A stretch of DNA of 64,000 bases, taken from positions 416,001 through 480,000 of the forward strand of contig CAWDGJ010000002.1 of NCBI GenBank assembly GCA_963801815.1, written 5' to 3'. Both the position numbers and the translations under genes were made by a program. Below are positions 55,305 through 64,000 of the stretch, piece after piece; the stretch's first letter is position 1; every line of letters starts with the position of its first letter. The notes beneath the pieces were generated by a model, which was not told where the DNA came from, made no database searches, and worked only from the letters and a program-made list of their open reading frames with translations. The stretch is from an uncultured Verrucomicrobiae bacterium. Lineage in GTDB: Bacteria > Verrucomicrobiota > Verrucomicrobiia > Chthoniobacterales > UBA10450.

Positions 55305-56453
55305 CTAGCGGGCGAAAATTTCTTTTCCGCCGAGATACGTCCGCAACACTTCGAGTTCGGGTGAGATCACGACCAAGTCACCTTCGCCGCCGATCTTGAA
55401 TTGACCTTTGTTATTCAATCCAATAGCGAACGCCGGTGTGTCGGTCGCCATCACGATTGCTTCATGCAACGACACACCGACTTTTGTGACCATCGTGCGC
55501 ACGAGATCGATCATGCGCGAAGCACTGCCGGCGAGCGCCGACCGATCCGCGACCAAACAAACGCCGGCTTCGGTGATGCACTTGGTTCCCGATAGCGAGA
55601 ATTTCGAACCATCGGGCAAACCGGCGCCGGCGGTCGCATCAGTCACAAGGCAGATTCCGCGTGGGCCTTTCGCCCGATACAACATTTTCATCAGTGTCGG
55701 CGAGACGTGATGACCGTCGGCAATCAACTCGCAGATGATTTCCGGTTCGCTCATCGAGAATTCGAGCAGACCCGCCACCCGATCGATCCCGCGGCGCCGA
55801 GTGCTCGACATGCAATTGAAGGTGTGGGTGACATTGCGCATCCCGTGTTCGAACGCTTCGCGAGCATCGTCCTCCCAAGCGTCGCTGTGACCGCCGCTGA
55901 TACTGACGTTGCTGGCGCGCAACTTATCGATGAGTGGAATCGCGCCGGGTAATTCCGGCGCGACGGTCATCCGCTTTATGATGTCAGCCTGTTCCAGCAG
56001 CGGTTCATACATCCTCGTCGTTGGCTGGCGCATTAAACTTGCGCGCTGCGCGCCGGCTTTAGCCTTCGAAATAAATGGCCCCTCGACGTGAACACCGGCA
56101 ATTTGTTTGATCGACGATCTTTGCACGCGAACCTCACTGACTACTTTAAGAATGGATTTAAGGGGGGCCGTGGCGGTCGTCAGTAACAGCGAAGTAGTTC
56201 CACCGCTCGCGTGATAATCGCAGATCGCGCGAAAAGCCTTGGCCGACGCTTCCATGGTATCGTGGCCCATCGCACCGTGGATGTGAACATCGATAAATCC
56301 CGGCGCGAGATAGTTGCCTTGAAGGTCGACAATTTGTTCCCCCATCGCCGGCGCTTGGGCACGAATCGCCGTGATCACCCCGTCTTCAACGAGCAAATCG
56401 AGCCCTTCGCGAACACCGTTCGGGAAAATCAAACGTCCGTTCTTGAAGATCAT
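55305..56453 (-). CDS. nagA: N-acetylglucosamine-6-phosphate deacetylase
   Basis: PGFIDVHIHG, HVEGPF, GHSDA, THTFNCM, IADGHHV, LVTDA, LAGS. Confidence 0.93.
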   Translation of the reverse strand: MIFKNGRLIFPNGVREGLDLLVEDGVITAIRAQAPAMGEQIVDLQGNYLAPGFIDVHIHGAMGHDTMEASAKAFRAICDYHASGGTTSLLLTTATAPLKSILKVVSEVRVQRSSIKQIAGVHVEGPFISKAKAGAQRASLMRQPTTRMYEPLLEQADIIKRMTVAPELPGAIPLIDKLRASNVSISGGHSDAWEDDAREAFEHGMRNVTHTFNCMSSTRRRGIDRVAGLLEFSMSEPEIICELIADGHHVSPTLMKMLYRAKGPRGICLVTDATAGAGLPDGSKFSLSGTKCITEAGVCLVADRSALAGSASRMIDLVRTMVTKVGVSLHEAIVMATDTPAFAIGLNNKGQFKIGGEGDLVVISPELEVLRTYLGGKEIFAR

Positions 56454-57415
56454 CGAGCCAGTCTAAGCAATTCCCCCGCTCGCGTGAATACCTGATCTGA
56501 AAATCCGAGCGCCTTCTTAAATTGGAAATCTCGCTCGATTGGATTCCCAACTTTTTGAACCTGGCGGAACGATTTGCGGTCGACTGACCGATTCAGCCAA
56601 AGCCGATGACCCAGCACTGGAACGGGAAAATCGCTGCCGTGAAGAATGCGCGGCTCGATCTCAATTCGCAGGCAGTCCTTGAGATGCGCGCACCGGTTCA
56701 ATGAAACCATGGCGCCGATGTCGCCGTAAAGATTCGGGAATTCGTCCAACATCGCGGCCCAATCATCGAAGTAATCGTGGTCGAAAGCTCCGCTCCTGGT
56801 CCCGCAATGGGCCGCGATGACTGTCACCCCGTACTCCAGCGGCGCCCTCAGCAACCGTGGATCGGCAAGTCGCGCGTTTACGACTGGAACGGTGTGTTCG
56901 CCACCGGTGTGCGCAAGCAAGGGTAACCGCGCGTCCGCCATTTTCTTCCAAAATGGAATGTAGCGTCGATCCATTGGGTCGATGTTCTGGCAATTCGGTA
57001 AGCATTTCATCAAGACTGCGCCGTTGGCGATGCACCGATCAAGCTCGTCGAGCGCATCGCTTCGCGCGGGATGAATCGAAACACCGGCCAGAAATTCGGG
57101 ATGTTGTCGCGCCAGATCGATAACGACGTCGTTCGGCACGAACATGGAGCCAAGATCGGGACGCGGCGTTCCGTCAGGTTCATGAACTCGCTCGTGGGCG
57201 AGCAACACAACCGCGTCGAGCGACGATTCACGGACCAACCTGAGCAAGTGCTCCGCGTAAATCCCCTCCAGATCGCCTTCAAGCGCGCTCGCAGGCATTC
57301 CAAGCTGGCGCAACATGAAACCGGCAAGCGCGCGATGCCATCCTTTCAAGCGCAACCAGCCGCCCGAGCCGGCGAGACCATTGCCGACCATGTGAACATG
57401 CATATCGATCCGCAT
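56450..57415 (-). CDS. Amidohydrolase-family protein
   Basis: DMHVH, SIHP, HTGGEH, AAHC, HGSDFP. Confidence 0.85.
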   Translation of the reverse strand: MRIDMHVHMVGNGLAGSGGWLRLKGWHRALAGFMLRQLGMPASALEGDLEGIYAEHLLRLVRESSLDAVVLLAHERVHEPDGTPRPDLGSMFVPNDVVIDLARQHPEFLAGVSIHPARSDALDELDRCIANGAVLMKCLPNCQNIDPMDRRYIPFWKKMADARLPLLAHTGGEHTVPVVNARLADPRLLRAPLEYGVTVIAAHCGTRSGAFDHDYFDDWAAMLDEFPNLYGDIGAMVSLNRCAHLKDCLRIEIEPRILHGSDFPVPVLGHRLWLNRSVDRKSFRQVQKVGNPIERDFQFKKALGFSDQVFTRAGELLRLAR

Positions 57416-57463
57416 GGGAACTGATTGCGTTTGCGCGCCCAAAAGTCCATTTTCGACCCCGCG

Positions 57464-58372
57464 ATGCAGCGAAATTTCGCAACGCGACGGGGGAAATTCG
57501 CGATCGAGAGCATTTTTTGGCGCCGAGTGATCGATTGGTCGGTGGATTACATTCCGTCGATCTTTCACCCGCCGTTGATTTGGATCGCGGCCTGGTGCTT
57601 TTTTTTTGTCGCTGCGCCGGCGCGTAAGGCGTTGCTACAAAATCTGCTCCTGATACATCCGCGATCGTGGCGAATCGCAAATTATTTTCGGGTAGTGCGC
57701 GTGTTCACAAATTTCGGTTGGTCACTGACCGACGCCGCCAGCTATCGACTGTCTGGAACCCGTTTCCGTTACGAGGTAGAAGGCGCGCGATTCATGGAGC
57801 AATTAACGGCTTCGAAAGGAGGCGGGATTGTTCTGACTGCGCATATGGGCAACTACAATCTAGGAGCGGCGTTGTTCGCCGAGCGATTTCATCGTCAAAT
57901 TCGCATGGTCCGTGCACCGGAGCCAGACACGCTCGCGGCGCAGCATGTCGATCTTGCCTTGCAGGAATCAAGCGCCGGCGGGGTCAAAATAGGCTACAGC
58001 GACGATGGAAGATCGCTCGCTCTTGATTTGTTGAATGCGTTGCGGGCGGGCGAAATTATTTCCATTCAAGGCGACCGGGTGGTTGGCGAAGTGGCCCGCG
58101 CGCCAGTGACGTTTTTTCAGCGTGAAATTCTCTTACCGAACGGGCCGTTCGTTCTCGCTTTCGTATCCGAAACGCCAATTTATCCGCTGTTTATTGTCCG
58201 CACCGGCCTCCGGAAATATAAAATCATCGCGCGCGAACCGATCATTTGTTCGCGCATCGGCGAGTCGCGCGATCAAATCATCGCCGCAGCGATGCAACGC
58301 TGGTCGAACGTGCTGGAAGAAATCGTTCGCATTCGCTGGCCGCAGTGGTTCGCGTTTACCCGGTTGGTTTAA
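57464..58372 (+). CDS. Lysophospholipid/lipid A (LpxL-like) acyltransferase
   Basis: TAHMGN, QGDR, 'P.GP..LA', WPQWF. Confidence 0.8.
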   Translation: MQRNFATRRGKFAIESIFWRRVIDWSVDYIPSIFHPPLIWIAAWCFFFVAAPARKALLQNLLLIHPRSWRIANYFRVVRVFTNFGWSLTDAASYRLSGTRFRYEVEGARFMEQLTASKGGGIVLTAHMGNYNLGAALFAERFHRQIRMVRAPEPDTLAAQHVDLALQESSAGGVKIGYSDDGRSLALDLLNALRAGEIISIQGDRVVGEVARAPVTFFQREILLPNGPFVLAFVSETPIYPLFIVRTGLRKYKIIAREPIICSRIGESRDQIIAAAMQRWSNVLEEIVRIRWPQWFAFTRLV

Positions 58373-59466
58373 CCGGGATTAACGAACTGAAAATACCACC
58401 GAACGAATTTTTCGCCGAAAAACATCCAGATTAACGCGCCAAGCGCGAGATACGGACCGAAGGGCAATTTCGCCGACCAAACGCGTTTACCGATGACAAG
58501 CGTGGCCAATCCAACCATGGAGCCAACCAGTGACCCCGCGAAAATACTGAAAAGCACGCCGCGCCATCCGAGGAAGGCACCGATCGCCGCCAGAAATTTC
58601 AAGTCGCCGCGGCCCATTGCTTCACGTGGAATTTCTAATTCGCGCGCCGTGCCCGAGATTTGATCGACCGAATCAAGCAGGAATTCTTCGTCGGCTACTC
58701 GGACGCGGTTGTAATGAAATTCCAGTACTTCAGGCCCAAAGGTGCGGTGATCGATCTTCGCTTCGTCGCAGTGAAGCAGAAGCCGGTCTTTTTCGCGCGC
58801 AAAATAATCGCTCCATAAACCACGTTCCTCGCCAACGACGAACTCCGCATCTTCACCGTGGCGCGTCCAGTTGAAGGGCGTCGGCACGTCCAGTTCCACC
58901 CGCTTTTTACCGAACGCAATTTTGCCACCCTCCAGGACGACCCAGAGAATGACGTAACCGAGCGCCGCCGCAAGCATTGAGCGGACAATCGCCGCCAAAC
59001 GTGAGTCCGCGTTCATCAGATCAGGCACCAGAAAACTCGCGGCAATTCCGGCGATTGTTCCGCCAATCGTGATCTGATCAGGGATGATAAAGTGTTCGAG
59101 ATCGACGAATGTCGCGACGACAAGGATCGAAACGAAAGCCCAATAAGCGATCGCCACCTGCCACGGGAAAAATTGCCAGGTGGCAAGAAAAAGAAGGGCT
59201 GTGAGCAGTTCGACACCGAAATATCGGAAAGCAATGCGCGCACCGCACTTGGCGCACCGCCCGCGTAAGAGCAGCCAACTGACGATTGGAATATTTTGCT
59301 GCCACGGAATTGTCGTCTTGCAGACGGGACAAAACGAACGGCGTGGTTTGTTCACGGAAAGATCGCGTGGCAGCCGATAGATTCCGACGTTTAAGAACGA
59401 GCCAACGACCGCGCCCAGAACGAACGCAACAACGGCGAATAGCGCAGTGTAGGATGAGATATCCAA
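58369..59466 (-). CDS. pilD: Prepilin peptidase / N-methyltransferase
   Basis: GSFLNV..YRLP, CPVC...CAKC, D...FIIPD, MGRGDLK, PFGPYL. Start is TTG 59466 or TTG 59523. Confidence 0.9.
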   Translation of the reverse strand: MDISSYTALFAVVAFVLGAVVGSFLNVGIYRLPRDLSVNKPRRSFCPVCKTTIPWQQNIPIVSWLLLRGRCAKCGARIAFRYFGVELLTALLFLATWQFFPWQVAIAYWAFVSILVVATFVDLEHFIIPDQITIGGTIAGIAASFLVPDLMNADSRLAAIVRSMLAAALGYVILWVVLEGGKIAFGKKRVELDVPTPFNWTRHGEDAEFVVGEERGLWSDYFAREKDRLLLHCDEAKIDHRTFGPEVLEFHYNRVRVADEEFLLDSVDQISGTARELEIPREAMGRGDLKFLAAIGAFLGWRGVLFSIFAGSLVGSMVGLATLVIGKRVWSAKLPFGPYLALGALIWMFFGEKFVRWYFQFVNPG

Positions 59467-59471
59467 GCGAA

Positions 59472-60254
59472 TCAGGTTATGCTCGAGCGCGACGCCCGGC
59501 GCTCCATTATCCACGCGATCCAAATGCAGCTTTCGTAAAGCAGGGCCATCGGCAGCGCCATCGCGACCAGGGTCAAAAAATCAGGCGTTGGTGCGATGAT
59601 GGCGGCCAAAATAAAAATAAGCACGATCGCGTAAGGCCGGGTACGGGCCATGAATCGGTAAGTGATAAGACCAAAGTAAACCAACGCGAGCACGACTACC
59701 GGCAGCTCGAAGGCCATACCAAAGCCGAGAATGAACTTGGTTACGAACGAATAATATTGCTGCACGGTCCAGGTCGGCGTCCAGCCGAGCGACTGAGTGT
59801 CGCGAAAAAAGAAGAGAATCGTTTTAGGCAGCAACCAGAAATAACAAACGAGTACGCCGAGCAGAAAAAGTCCGAAACTGCCAACGATCGCGGGAAAGAG
59901 AAAGCGTTTTTCCACGGCGGTAAGCGCGGGCAAAACGAATTCGGCGAGAAAATAAAGGAGCAAAGGAAAAGACAGAACAATCCCGGCGTAGAACGCCAGA
60001 TGAAACGAAATCACGATTGAATCGGTGATGCCGAGTGCTTTGAGCGCGCCGACTTGAGGATCAACACTCTTTAACGGCGCCTGCATTACGTGCACCAGGG
60101 TTTGCCGGAAGAGGAAACAAAGAATCATCGCCGCAAAGATAGCGATTGCCATTTTCACAACGGTCCAGCGCAAGTCCTCGAGATGTTCGAGAAAAGGCTT
60201 AGACGTCTCGCTCTGTGGCAATTCGCGGAACTTGAAGATGTCGCGCAACGCCAT
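59472..60254 (-). CDS. tatC: Twin-arginine translocase subunit TatC
   Basis: FLEHLEDLR, FVLPALT..EK, FELP, PTPD, LYE. Confidence 0.93.
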   Translation of the reverse strand: MALRDIFKFRELPQSETSKPFLEHLEDLRWTVVKMAIAIFAAMILCFLFRQTLVHVMQAPLKSVDPQVGALKALGITDSIVISFHLAFYAGIVLSFPLLLYFLAEFVLPALTAVEKRFLFPAIVGSFGLFLLGVLVCYFWLLPKTILFFFRDTQSLGWTPTWTVQQYYSFVTKFILGFGMAFELPVVVLALVYFGLITYRFMARTRPYAIVLIFILAAIIAPTPDFLTLVAMALPMALLYESCIWIAWIMERRASRSSIT

Positions 60255-60259
60255 GACGA

Positions 60260-60865
60260 TTAATGCGGACCGAGCGAGATCAGGCCACGGGCCGCCAGAC
60301 GCGCGCAGATCGCGAGCGTATTCGAATCGCGAATTTCGCCTTGGGCGATCATTTTGCTCAACTCACCAACATCGACCGCACGACACTCAAGGATCGCTTC
60401 TCCTTCCTCGCGCCTGTGCACGTCGGCACTGCGAACAGGTCGAACGAGGAAAAAATAGCAATGCTCATCGGTGAGTCCGGCTGAAGTGAAGAAGAAACCG
60501 AGCGGAATTGTTTCACCGCCGGGCGCGAGGTCATAACCAGTTTCCTCGTGCAGCTCGCGGAGTGCGACCGCTTCAATCTCCTTCTCGTCGGCTTCCGGAT
60601 TGTCGACCTGGCCGGCCGGCATCGACCAAATCGCCGCGCGGATAGGAATCCGCTCTTCCTTGATCAGCAGGAATTTTCCGTCACTGGTCATCGGGGCGAT
60701 CACGACCGCGGCTTTGCGTCTCACAGTCGTCCAGATTCGCGGTTCGGGAATTGAAGGCGTTTGAACTTTTTCTGTCACGACCTCCAGGTGCGGATTTGTG
60801 AACTCAACTTTACTGGAAGTTGTTTTCCACCCGTCCCCGTCCTGCACCAGTTTGTTTCGTCTCAC
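60260..60865 (-). CDS. NUDIX hydrolase (ADP-ribose pyrophosphatase-like)
   Basis: PAG...ALRELHEETG Nudix box. Confidence 0.88.
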   Translation of the reverse strand: MRRNKLVQDGDGWKTTSSKVEFTNPHLEVVTEKVQTPSIPEPRIWTTVRRKAAVVIAPMTSDGKFLLIKEERIPIRAAIWSMPAGQVDNPEADEKEIEAVALRELHEETGYDLAPGGETIPLGFFFTSAGLTDEHCYFFLVRPVRSADVHRREEGEAILECRAVDVGELSKMIAQGEIRDSNTLAICARLAARGLISLGPH

Positions 60866-60874
60866 GCCGGAAGA

Positions 60875-62242
60875 TTATCCGCCAAGCTCTTTCCGCCAAT
60901 GCTTGATCTGCGTCTTGACGTTTTCCGGCGAGGGCGCGCCAGTTGCGCGACGCGCAGACAAGGAACGGCGGACGTCGAACACTTTGACTACATCGGCACC
61001 GAACCGCGTAGAAAACTTTCTTAACGCGGCCAGCGGGATCTCATCCAGACGTTTCTTCTTCGCAATCGAATGATTCACAACGCGGCCGACAATTTCGTGC
61101 GCTTTGCGAAATGGCATTTCCTTTTTGACCAAATACTCTGCCAGGTCCGTGGCGAGAAGATTCGGATCGCTGGCCGCTTCTTTCATCCTGGCGCGATCAA
61201 TTTTCAGCTTCGGGACCATTGCGGTAAAAAGGTCGAGCGCAGACGAAACTGTATCGAGGGAATCAAACAGCGCTTCTTTGTCTTCCTGCAGGTCGCGATT
61301 GTAAGACGATGGAAGCGCCTTCAGGGTCGTCAGGATAGACATCAGATTCCCGTAGAGCCGTCCGGTCTTGCCACGCGTGAGCTCAGCCATGTCGGGGTTC
61401 CTTTTTTGGGGCATCAAACTCGAGCCAGTTGAAAATTCGTCGCTGAATTCCACGAAACCGAATTCGCTCGTACTCCAAAGGATGAGGTCCTCGCTCAAAC
61501 GCGAGAGATGCATGCCGATCATCGCCAGGCAGAAGATGAACTCGCAGACAAAATCGCGATCACCGACCGCATCGAGGCTGTTTTGACTCACGCGGCCAAA
61601 CTTGAGGTCGCGAGCGATTGATTCGCGATCGAGTGCAATGGTCGAGCCGGCGAGCGCACCGGACCCGAGCGGGAGAACATCAGTCCGTGACCAACAATTG
61701 CCCAGGCGTTCGTGATCTCGCGCCAAACTTTCGACCTGACTTAACAAGTAGTGCGCGAACAACACTGGCTGTGCGCGTTGAAGATGTGTGTATCCCGGCA
61801 TCACAACATCAGCGTGTTTCTGGGCGAGACCGAGCAGAGCCCTTTGCACTTTCTTTAGCCGTGAAGAGGTGCGGCCAATCTCGTCTTTGACGAAAAGACG
61901 CAGGTCGAGCGCAACTTGATCGTTCCGACTGCGCGCAGTGTGCAGCTTCGCTCCAGCTTCGCCGATTTTCTTTGTCAACGCGCCTTCGATGTTCATGTGC
62001 ACGTCCTCGAGCGCTTCGCTCCATTGAAATTGTCCGGACGCGATTTCACGCTCGATTTCGTGCAATCCGGTTTCGATTTTTTTCTTCTCGTCCACGGAAA
62101 TGATGGCGGCTCTGGCCAGGGCGCCGGCATGGGCAATCGAACCGGCGATATCGTAACGATAAAGGCGCCGATCAAACGATAGTGATTCGCTGTAGCGTTG
62201 CGCAACAGGCGCCATCGATTTACCAAAGCGTCCCTTACGCAT
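60875..62242 (-). CDS. argH: Argininosuccinate lyase
   Basis: EDVHMNIE, HTARSRNDQ, GYTHLQRAQP, GSSLMPQKRNPD. Confidence 0.96.
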   Translation of the reverse strand: MRKGRFGKSMAPVAQRYSESLSFDRRLYRYDIAGSIAHAGALARAAIISVDEKKKIETGLHEIEREIASGQFQWSEALEDVHMNIEGALTKKIGEAGAKLHTARSRNDQVALDLRLFVKDEIGRTSSRLKKVQRALLGLAQKHADVVMPGYTHLQRAQPVLFAHYLLSQVESLARDHERLGNCWSRTDVLPLGSGALAGSTIALDRESIARDLKFGRVSQNSLDAVGDRDFVCEFIFCLAMIGMHLSRLSEDLILWSTSEFGFVEFSDEFSTGSSLMPQKRNPDMAELTRGKTGRLYGNLMSILTTLKALPSSYNRDLQEDKEALFDSLDTVSSALDLFTAMVPKLKIDRARMKEAASDPNLLATDLAEYLVKKEMPFRKAHEIVGRVVNHSIAKKKRLDEIPLAALRKFSTRFGADVVKVFDVRRSLSARRATGAPSPENVKTQIKHWRKELGG

Positions 62243-62247
62243 GGAGT

Positions 62248-62619
62248 TCAATCCAGTGCTGCCCGTCGAATCACCGTGACCGACGTGTAAGCAACATCCT
62301 TCAGAACAAACTTGCGGACCTCGAGTGAAATTTTTCGAAGACGAAATTTTCGCAACAGATGAGCGGAAACTTCGCCCGCGAGCGTTTCCAGAAGCTTGGG
62401 CGACTGTTGCGCCAAATATTTTTTGGTTTCCTGGCAAAGGACTGCGTAATCGACGGTCCGGGTAACGGCGTCTTTCACATCGCGCAGGTCTCGCGCCGGC
62501 CAAAGCGTGATGTTGAGCACAAGCCGCTGTTTCTTCGCGCGTTCGGCCTTTGAAACGCCGACGTGTGCAAACACCTTCAATTGTTCGACATGAACCTGGT
62601 GCTCGGCGCCAATTCGCAT
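62248..62619 (-). CDS. folB: Dihydroneopterin aldolase
   Basis: HVGV..AER...Q, TVDY, LLETLA, VRK. Confidence 0.85.
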   Translation of the reverse strand: MRIGAEHQVHVEQLKVFAHVGVSKAERAKKQRLVLNITLWPARDLRDVKDAVTRTVDYAVLCQETKKYLAQQSPKLLETLAGEVSAHLLRKFRLRKISLEVRKFVLKDVAYTSVTVIRRAALD

Positions 62620-62650
62620 TTATCCAGTTCCTATCATGATCGCGCGGTAC

Positions 62651-63010
62651 TTATCCAACGCGAAAGCGAATATCGCGAATGATCTTGCCGCCGAAACGTT
62701 GTTTCAGCTTTCGGAGGATGTCGATCTTGGAAATCTGTTCGAGCTCGTAATGCAATGCCGGTTGCAGAACGCGGACGTACAAGATACCCCCGCGCAACGA
62801 GACTGGCGCTGAATGCGCCGCGATAAATTCGCCGACGATTTTACTCCAAGCCTCCATCACTTCATTCTCGTGCAATCGCTCCTTGAGACCGAGTCGTTGC
62901 ATGAGCTTCGGCAAAACGTCCACCGGTGCGTTCCAGCGATCGGACGCAACCGCTTTCCCGGGCAACCCCCGCCACTCGGCGATGATCCTGGCGCGAAGAG
63001 AAGACTTCAT
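62651..63010 (-). CDS. DUF721/DciA family protein
   Basis: 'W..IVG..IAAHS.P....G.LYV', 'I.DIRFRVG'. Confidence 0.8.
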   Translation of the reverse strand: MKSSLRARIIAEWRGLPGKAVASDRWNAPVDVLPKLMQRLGLKERLHENEVMEAWSKIVGEFIAAHSAPVSLRGGILYVRVLQPALHYELEQISKIDILRKLKQRFGGKIIRDIRFRVG

Positions 63011-63110
63011 GTGAACGGTGAAGCGTTGAACAGTTAAAGTATCAAAGCGAGAAAAAGATCAGCAGTCGACAGCCCCGCTTCAACCTCTTAACGCGTTATC
63101 CCTTCAACGG
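63011..63110. repeat. Degenerate 7/8-mer tandem-inverted repeat
   Basis: GTGAACG GTGAAGC GTTGAACA GTTAAAG ... CTTCAAC CTCTTAAC GCGTTATC CCTTCAAC. Confidence 0.55.
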
Positions 63111-64000
63111 TCAGTATCGTCGCCGCATGTTGCTCGGCAAGATATTCAGCTCGGTCCGGTATTTCGCCACGGTCCGGCGGGCAATCGGGAATTCCGCGTT
63201 TGCTCAGAATTTCGACGATTTCCTTGTCGCTCAGTGGCGAATTGCCGTCTTCGTCTTTGACCAGATCGAGAATCGCTTCTTTCACGCTGGTGTTGCTCAT
63301 CGATTCGCCGGTGGCGGTTTGGTAACCAGGCGTGAAGAAATATTTCATCTCAAAAACGCCCTGCGGCGTGGACATGTATTTGCCGGAGATGGCGCGACTT
63401 ACCGTCGTTTCGTGGACACCGACTGCATCGGCGATTTGCACCATCGTCATCGGCTTTAAAAAGGCAGAGCCTTGTCGAAGAATTCGCGCTGCCGTTTCAC
63501 AATCTGGTGCGCGATGTTGGAGATTGTCTGCTGGCGTTGATGAATGGATTTGATCAGAAATTTTCCGCTTCGGATCTTGTCGCGGATGTAATCCTTCACG
63601 TCGCTGCCGTTACCGTCCTGCGCCATGATGTCCTTGTAAGTGTTGCTGATGCGCAGGTGCGGGATCTGTTCGCCGTTTAAGATGACCTGATAATCGCCGT
63701 TCACTTTTTCAACTGTGACGTCCGGCAGAACATAATTTTGCGGAGCGGCGGCGAATATGGCACCCGGTCGCGGGTCGAGTTGCGCGATGTTGTTGGCGCA
63801 CTTCTGCACTTGTTCGACGCTGATTCCGATTCGCCGGGCAATCTCCGGGAAACGGCGCTTGCCCAGATCCTGCATGTGGTCGGCGACTATTTTGTATTCG
63901 AGGCTGTTTTGTCTGCCTTCGCGTTTGAGCTGAATCAGCAAACATTCGCGCAAGTCGCGCGCGCCTACGCCCGGCGGATGAAAACTTTGAATCAGTGTCA
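63111..64000 (-). CDS. rpoN: RNA polymerase sigma-54 factor (5' partial; two apparent frameshifts near 63470 and 63188)
   Basis: PPGVGARDLRECLLIQL, HETTVSRA, PLSD, RpoN box ARRTVAKYR after frame correction; stop at 63111. Confidence 0.93.

Noticed and set aside
62243..62503. N-terminal extension of the argH ORF
   Set aside because: Overlaps folB; ArgH similarity starts at MRKGRF (62242).
1..64000. CRISPR array, prophage, integrase or transposase
   Set aside because: No regularly spaced direct repeats with unique spacers and no recognisable mobile-element or cas ORFs.

Overview
A mostly core-genome window from a moderately GC-rich bacterium. Gene content and style suggest Verrucomicrobiota, Chthoniobacterales-like; this is inferred, not verified. 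Housekeeping genes: nth, hflX, miaA, putA, ltaE, rsmI, rplU-rpmA, adk, fmt, pyrH-frr, proS, rplM-rpsI, acnA, nagA, pilD, tatC, argH, folB, dciA-like, partial rpoN, RNase P RNA, tRNA-His(GTG) and tRNA-Arg(TCG), plus many envelope and secreted proteins. I see no transposase, integrase, prophage or CRISPR array. Highlights: (1) a secreted matrixin (MMP-like) protease with no propeptide, followed 22 nt downstream by a secreted Cys-free protein whose mature N-terminus aligns without gaps to the human TIMP-1 N-terminus, a candidate bacterial MMP/TIMP-like pair; (2) an RRM protein with an RG-rich tail and an amphipathic helix, under a ~260-nt structured leader, directly upstream of miaA-hflX with no hfq; (3) several unrelated families of short palindromic elements (GTC-tagged ~110-bp hairpins, GTAG REPs, 7/8/10-bp tandem-inverted repeats), some inside acnA, miaA and rnpB or supplying stop codons; (4) single-base frameshifts in frr and rpoN, most likely assembly errors. 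All calls come from reading the sequence; no searches were run.
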